The notes under the pieces were generated by a model, which searched no databases, had not been told where the DNA came from, and saw only the letters and a list, made by a program, of their open reading frames with translations. Positions 59,647 to 64,000 of a stretch of DNA of 64,000 nucleotides are shown here, piece by piece; the stretch's first letter is position 1, and the number at the start of each line of letters is the position of its first letter. Made by a program: the position numbers and the translations under genes. The stretch is from NCBI GenBank assembly GCA_013416795.1, contig RQSC01000008.1, positions 279,582-343,581 on the forward strand, written 5' to 3'. The DNA comes from Prasinococcaceae sp. CCMP 1430. Its lineage: Eukaryota; Plantae; Prasinodermophyta.

Positions 59647-61102
59647 TCAGTCCAGCTCGTCCACGCCCGTGTCGCTCGCTTTGGGCTGCACGGGCTCCGG
59701 GTCGACGAGGTCGGGCAAGTCGTCGTCGTCGCTGACCTCCTCGACGGTGGCCGTGCTCTTGGGCGCTGCGGCAGGCGCACCCCCGAAGCCGCCAGGCATA
59801 CCGCCCATACCGCCCATGCCGCCCATGCCGCCCATGCCACCCATCACTGGAGTGGTCGCAAACCATGCGGTGCGTGTCAGCGACACATCGGGGCGCGCAC
59901 ACACGCATGCATGCGCACGCGCGCGCACGCGCATGCGCACGGGTGGGCTCGCGGCGCAATCGCGCTCGCGCCTGCGCGCGCGCTGACGCACTCGGGGCGA
60001 TTTTGGCCGCCAGCTTGGCGAACTTCGGATCGCCCATCATCGACATCGCCGCCGCTGGGTTGCTCTGCAGCTGCATGAGCTTCTGCATCATCTCGGGGTC
60101 CTGCATCATCGCCATGACCTCGGGGTCCTGCGAGCGGCCGCAAGGAGTCAGAGATGCACGCGCGCGCGTGCCAGCGAGCGCGCTCGCTCGCTCGCTCCCT
60201 CGCTCGCTCGCTCGCTCGCGCGCACACGGGCACTCTCGCGCACGCACCTGCATGATCTTGTCGAGTCCAGGCGGCATGCCACCCGGCGGCATGCCCGGCA
60301 TGCCGCCTGGGAAACCACCGGGGAAGCCGCCGCCGCCACCTGCGGCCTGCTGCGCCTCCTTTTCCTCCTGCTGTCTCTTGAGCCTCTCCTGCTGCTCCTT
60401 GAGCGCCGCCGCGCGCTTGGCGTCGCGCTCCTCCGCTTCCTTCTTGGCGCGCGCCTCGCGGATGGCGTGCCACTTCGCCTCGACGAGCTTCTGCACCTCC
60501 GCCGAATCCTCGTCGAAGTCGATGGACTGGCCCTGGCCAAGGTCGCGCGCGGCGGCCTCCCACGCGCCCAGGAGGCGGTGGGCCTTGCCGCGCACCTTGA
60601 GCGCCTTGGCGCTGTCAGGGTTGAGCTTGAGCGCGGCGTCGCAGTCGCGGATGGCCATGTTGGGCATTTCCATCCTCAGATACGCCTCGGCGCGCTTGGC
60701 GAGCGTCAGCGCGCTCGTCATGACGCAGATCGCCTCGGTGTACTTGGCGACGGCCCCCGCGTGGTCGCCGGCGGCAGCGAGCTCTGACGCGGCGCCCTTG
60801 GCGGCGATCATCGCGTCCTGCTGCGCCTCGGAGAGCTCGCCGCCGGCCGACGCGGGCCCCAGCGGCACCGAGTCGTCCACGGCGTCCGGAGCCACGCAGC
60901 CCTCCTCGAGCTCCACGGGCTCGGCCGCGGGCGCGTCTGCGTCGGCTTTGGGCTTGGGCGCGGGCAGCGTGGCGCCGCACTCGTCGAGGAAGTCCCTGAA
61001 GAAGGCGAGCTCGGGTGCGGCGAGCGCATCGGCGCCCCCAGCGCGCACGGCGTCGACGACGGCGCGCGCCGCGGCCAGCTGCTCCGCTGAGAACGCCGCC
61101 AT
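59647..61102 (-). CDS. ST13: Hsp70-interacting protein HIP/ST13; two introns (~60247..60131 and ~59988..59847)
   Basis: N-terminal dimerisation domain (APELAFFRDFLDECGATLP), TPRs (AIRDCDAALKLNPDSAKALKVRGKAHRLLG), GGMP repeats, STI1/DP domain (DPEVMAMMQDP), GGM repeats and acidic tail. Confidence 0.92.
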
Positions 61103-61542
61103 CGCGGGCGGCGGAGCACAGCGCGCTCCGTACGACTCCTGACGCGCACGCCGACCTTGCCCGCTCGCCCACTCGCCGGGCCGGCGCCGCGCCCGGCTGC
61201 GCTCCTGCCGATCGCGATCGGCGCGCTCTTTGCCGGGCACGACCTGGTGCGGCCGGCCCTCCCCCAGCGGCCCCGCGCCCGCCCGCCCCGCGCCCCGGCG
61301 GAACCGGCGCGCGGCTCCCCGACCTCCACCAACAGGGGCGGCTCGCCGCCAGAGTCCGCGCACACTCTCATCGAACCGTGCGGGACGCGATGTGATCTCC
61401 CGTGGGTACATTATATGTGCTTATTATACAGTATTTTAAATCTTGAGGCGCTTGGCGTGTGGCATGTTGCTGAGTCAGCGGGGGTGCCTGCCCGCGGCGG
61501 AGCAGGGGCCTTCCCGCCGCCGCCGGGCGCCATCCGCATTGG

Positions 61543-62286
61543 TCAGAGCCTGCTAGCCGAGGAGGACGCGCGCCGCTCCACGCGGCGCAGCATGTCCGTC
61601 GCGCGCGAGTAGTGCGGTTCGAGGCGCCGGCGGGTGCGCTCGGCCCACGCGGCGACAACGGGGTGCGGCCCGGCGACCAGCGCCTCGTACGCGCCGCCCA
61701 GCGTGCGGAGCTGGTCGAGCTCGCACAGCGCGCTCACGTCGGCGAAGCTCGCGTCCGCAAGGCCGCCGAGCCACTCGCGCCTCCCCCCCGCCAGGTGCGT
61801 CTCGCCCATTGCGCGCAGGGCCGCGTTGAGCGTCGACCGCGCCTGCTCGACGATAGCCGGCGGGACGGCCAACCCACGCCGCGGGCCGATCACCTCGGCG
61901 AAGACCAGCTTCGCCGCCCCTTGTCGCAGGTTCGTGTGCTGCCAGTCGAGCAGCGCGTCAACGCGCGCGCACGCGAGCGCGTCGCCCGTCGGGTACAGGT
62001 GGCGCGGGACGCGGCCACCGGACGCCGCTGCGAGGTAGCGCGCGATCGCATGGCTTTCGGTGAGCACGCGCTCGCCCGCGGGGTCCGAGAGCTCCAGGTA
62101 CGGCAACTTGCCAATCGGATTGCGCGCGCGCTCCTCCTCGCTCAGGTGCTGCGCCTTGTGGATGAGGACCGTCTTGCGCTCGACGAGGCCGCCGCCGCTG
62201 AGCGCATCGAGCAACACGAGCGCGCGGCAAGGCTGGCTCATCATGTCGACCGCGAGCACACCCAAGGTGCGGGCGGGCGCCTCCAT
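61543..62286 (-). CDS. Glutathione S-transferase, theta class
   Basis: DMMSQPCRAL, RNPIGKLPYL, LTESHAIARYLA, VDALLDWQHTNLRQG, SFADVSALCEL. Confidence 0.92.
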   Translation of the reverse strand: MEAPARTLGVLAVDMMSQPCRALVLLDALSGGGLVERKTVLIHKAQHLSEEERARNPIGKLPYLELSDPAGERVLTESHAIARYLAAASGGRVPRHLYPTGDALACARVDALLDWQHTNLRQGAAKLVFAEVIGPRRGLAVPPAIVEQARSTLNAALRAMGETHLAGGRREWLGGLADASFADVSALCELDQLRTLGGAYEALVAGPHPVVAAWAERTRRRLEPHYSRATDMLRRVERRASSSASRL

Positions 62287-63000
62287 TGGCGCCGCGCCGC
62301 GGGCGCAGCGCGCGCGCAGTGGCGCCGCGCTCCAACAAAGCGCCGCGTGCCACGCCGGGGGGGGGGGGGGGGGGCAACGGAAACAACGGCGCAAACGAAA
62401 TTTCGCCCCTTCCGTGAAATCGCCGGCCGGGGGGTACTTTCGGATCCTTTTCGGGGCACCTGCCTGCCCCCGGACGGCGTTTCCTTCGTCGTTCGTGCGC
62501 GGGAATCTTCCGTGGATCTGCGCAAGGGCGCATGTCTACATTCACGCCGGGGGCGCGGCGCGCCGATGCGCGGAGATGCGGATCGGCGGCCCCCTTCCGG
62601 CCGGCGGCGCCCGCGCGCGTCGAATTGCATTTGTTTGAGGCAATCACCCACCCAACTACATCCATCCGCGCGTCCGTCCGTCCTTCCGCGCCCATCATCA
62701 TCATCATCGCAGGAGTCTCTCTCTCTCTCGGTCGTCCGCGGCGCTTCCGCCGGCCAGCCGGCCAGCCGCCGGCCCATCCGGCGGCCCCTTCCGCCCTGCC
62801 CGCAGCACCACATCCAGCAGCCAGCAGCCAGCAGCCGGCGCCTCGGCCGCGGCTGCGGGCGGCGGCGGCAGCCGCCGCTTTGCGAAAAGGGGCGAAAAGG
62901 GCGCAGAGCAGAGCAGATACAGAGCAGAGCAGAGCACTGCGGACGGAAGAGGGCCGACGGGAAGGGGGGGCTGGCTGGCGAAGGTGAGGGCCTGCTCGCG

Positions 63001-64000
63001 AAGGAGTTCCCCGCGCTCGTGGGTGTTGGCGGCGGCGCGCCGGGCGGAGGGGGTGGCGTGCGGCACGGTGCGCGGCTGGCGACGGGCGATGCGCGCGGCA
63101 CAGTCGTGGTGTGGGACGTGGCGCGAGCGCTGCCACTGCTCGCCGTGCGACGGCCGGGCGCCGTCGTGGCGCTGGAGTGGTGCGCCGGAGCGGGCGAGAC
63201 GCGCGGCGAGTGGCTCCTCGTGTCGTGCCACGCGGCACCGGGCGACCGCGAGGTGCTGCACGCGTGGGACACGGGTGCGCTCGCCGCGCGCGCGGCAGGC
63301 GGTGCGGACAACAGCGTGGGCGATGCCGCTCCCGTCGCGAGCGAGGCGCTCGAGGCAGGCGTGCGAGTAGCGCAGCTCGAGCGTGACCCGTGGGACGCCT
63401 CGCGACTCGCCGCGGCGGGCCCCGGCGGCGCGGGGGTTGTCACCCGCCTCGACGCGCGCGCGGGGCGCTTCGCGGGCACGCAGACGCTGCGCGTGCGCGC
63501 TGCAGGCGACGGCCAGCAGCACCGCGCCTCCGAGCAGCAGCAGGCTGGCGGTGGCGGCGGCGGTCTGGGTGGCGCCGTTGCTGCCGCGCTTGGCGGAGGC
63601 GCACGGCGCGACGGTGGTGCCGGAGGCAGCGCCGGCGCCTACCACGTCCATACGCCGCGCGGCGGAGCTCTGCGGGGCTTGGCCCCCGCAGACGTGGCGT
63701 GTGCGTGGTCACGCGCGCGGCGCGGCGTGCTGCACCTGCTGCGCCCGCGCGAGCTGCTCTCATTCGACCTCGCGCGCGGCGAGCTCGCCGCGCCGCCCAC
63801 AGTGCTGCCGGCGGGCGCGCCGCCGCTCGCCGGATGCCTCGCCGCGCAGCCGCGCGCGATGCTGCTGCTGCACGCCGATGGCAGCGCCAGCGAGTGGACG
63901 TACCGAGGGGGGCGCGGCGCGGCGGCGCCGCAGCCGCCGGTAGGCGTCGCAGATTCACCGGGCGCTCGAGTGGCGCTGGTGCCGCGCGCCGCCGGCGCGG
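63001..64000 (+). CDS. WD40-repeat protein, WDR11-like (runs off the window; 5' exons unresolved)
   Basis: The frame starting at 63001 is open to the window end and absent from the ORF track: LATGDARGTVVVWDV, VVALEW, VLHAWDTG, VLHLLRPRELLSFDL, LLLHADGSASEW. Confidence 0.6.

Noticed and set aside
59647-59649. Selenocysteine reading of the HIP TGA
   Set aside because: No redox motif context, no SECIS recognised, and DELD is a plausible natural C-terminus.
13023-60250. Introner-type repeated introns
   Set aside because: Introns share only donor, branch and acceptor consensus; I saw no extended similarity between them.

Overview
Gene-dense, very GC-rich eukaryotic nuclear DNA with short spliceosomal introns (GTGCGT/GTGAGT/GTACGC donors, GCTGAC branch points). 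Gene content (plastid-type MiaB, ABC-F, KEA4-6, H+-PPase, SKIP16, CCD) points to a green alga of prasinophyte grade; that assignment is inference. About 25 genes or gene fragments are supported. From left to right: midasin (5'-partial), rhomboid, a YrhK-like membrane protein, a DEK-C protein, a type I membrane protein, CCD, a patatin-like lipase, thioredoxin, a conserved hypothetical, a KEA antiporter, ABC-F, a Cys/His zinc-binding protein, HEN1, a DNA methyltransferase, SKIP16, an orphan, glutaredoxin, H+-PPase, a fucosyltransferase-like protein, a PiT fragment, a coiled-coil protein, MiaB, HIP/ST13, theta GST and a WDR11-like protein. Single N bases at 54400 and 58987 look like contig joins that truncate genes. 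The most striking region is 35.5-43.8 kb. It holds a compact HEN1 small-RNA methyltransferase with a ~260-aa insertion, convergent with a circularly permuted (DRM-type) C5 DNA methyltransferase. That enzyme carries an N-terminal chromodomain, and its catalytic PC motif lies on a separate small exon missed by the ORF track. Between the two genes are remnants of a putative RLE-type non-LTR retroelement, whose 3'-terminal motif recurs, inverted, directly behind the methyltransferase stop codon.
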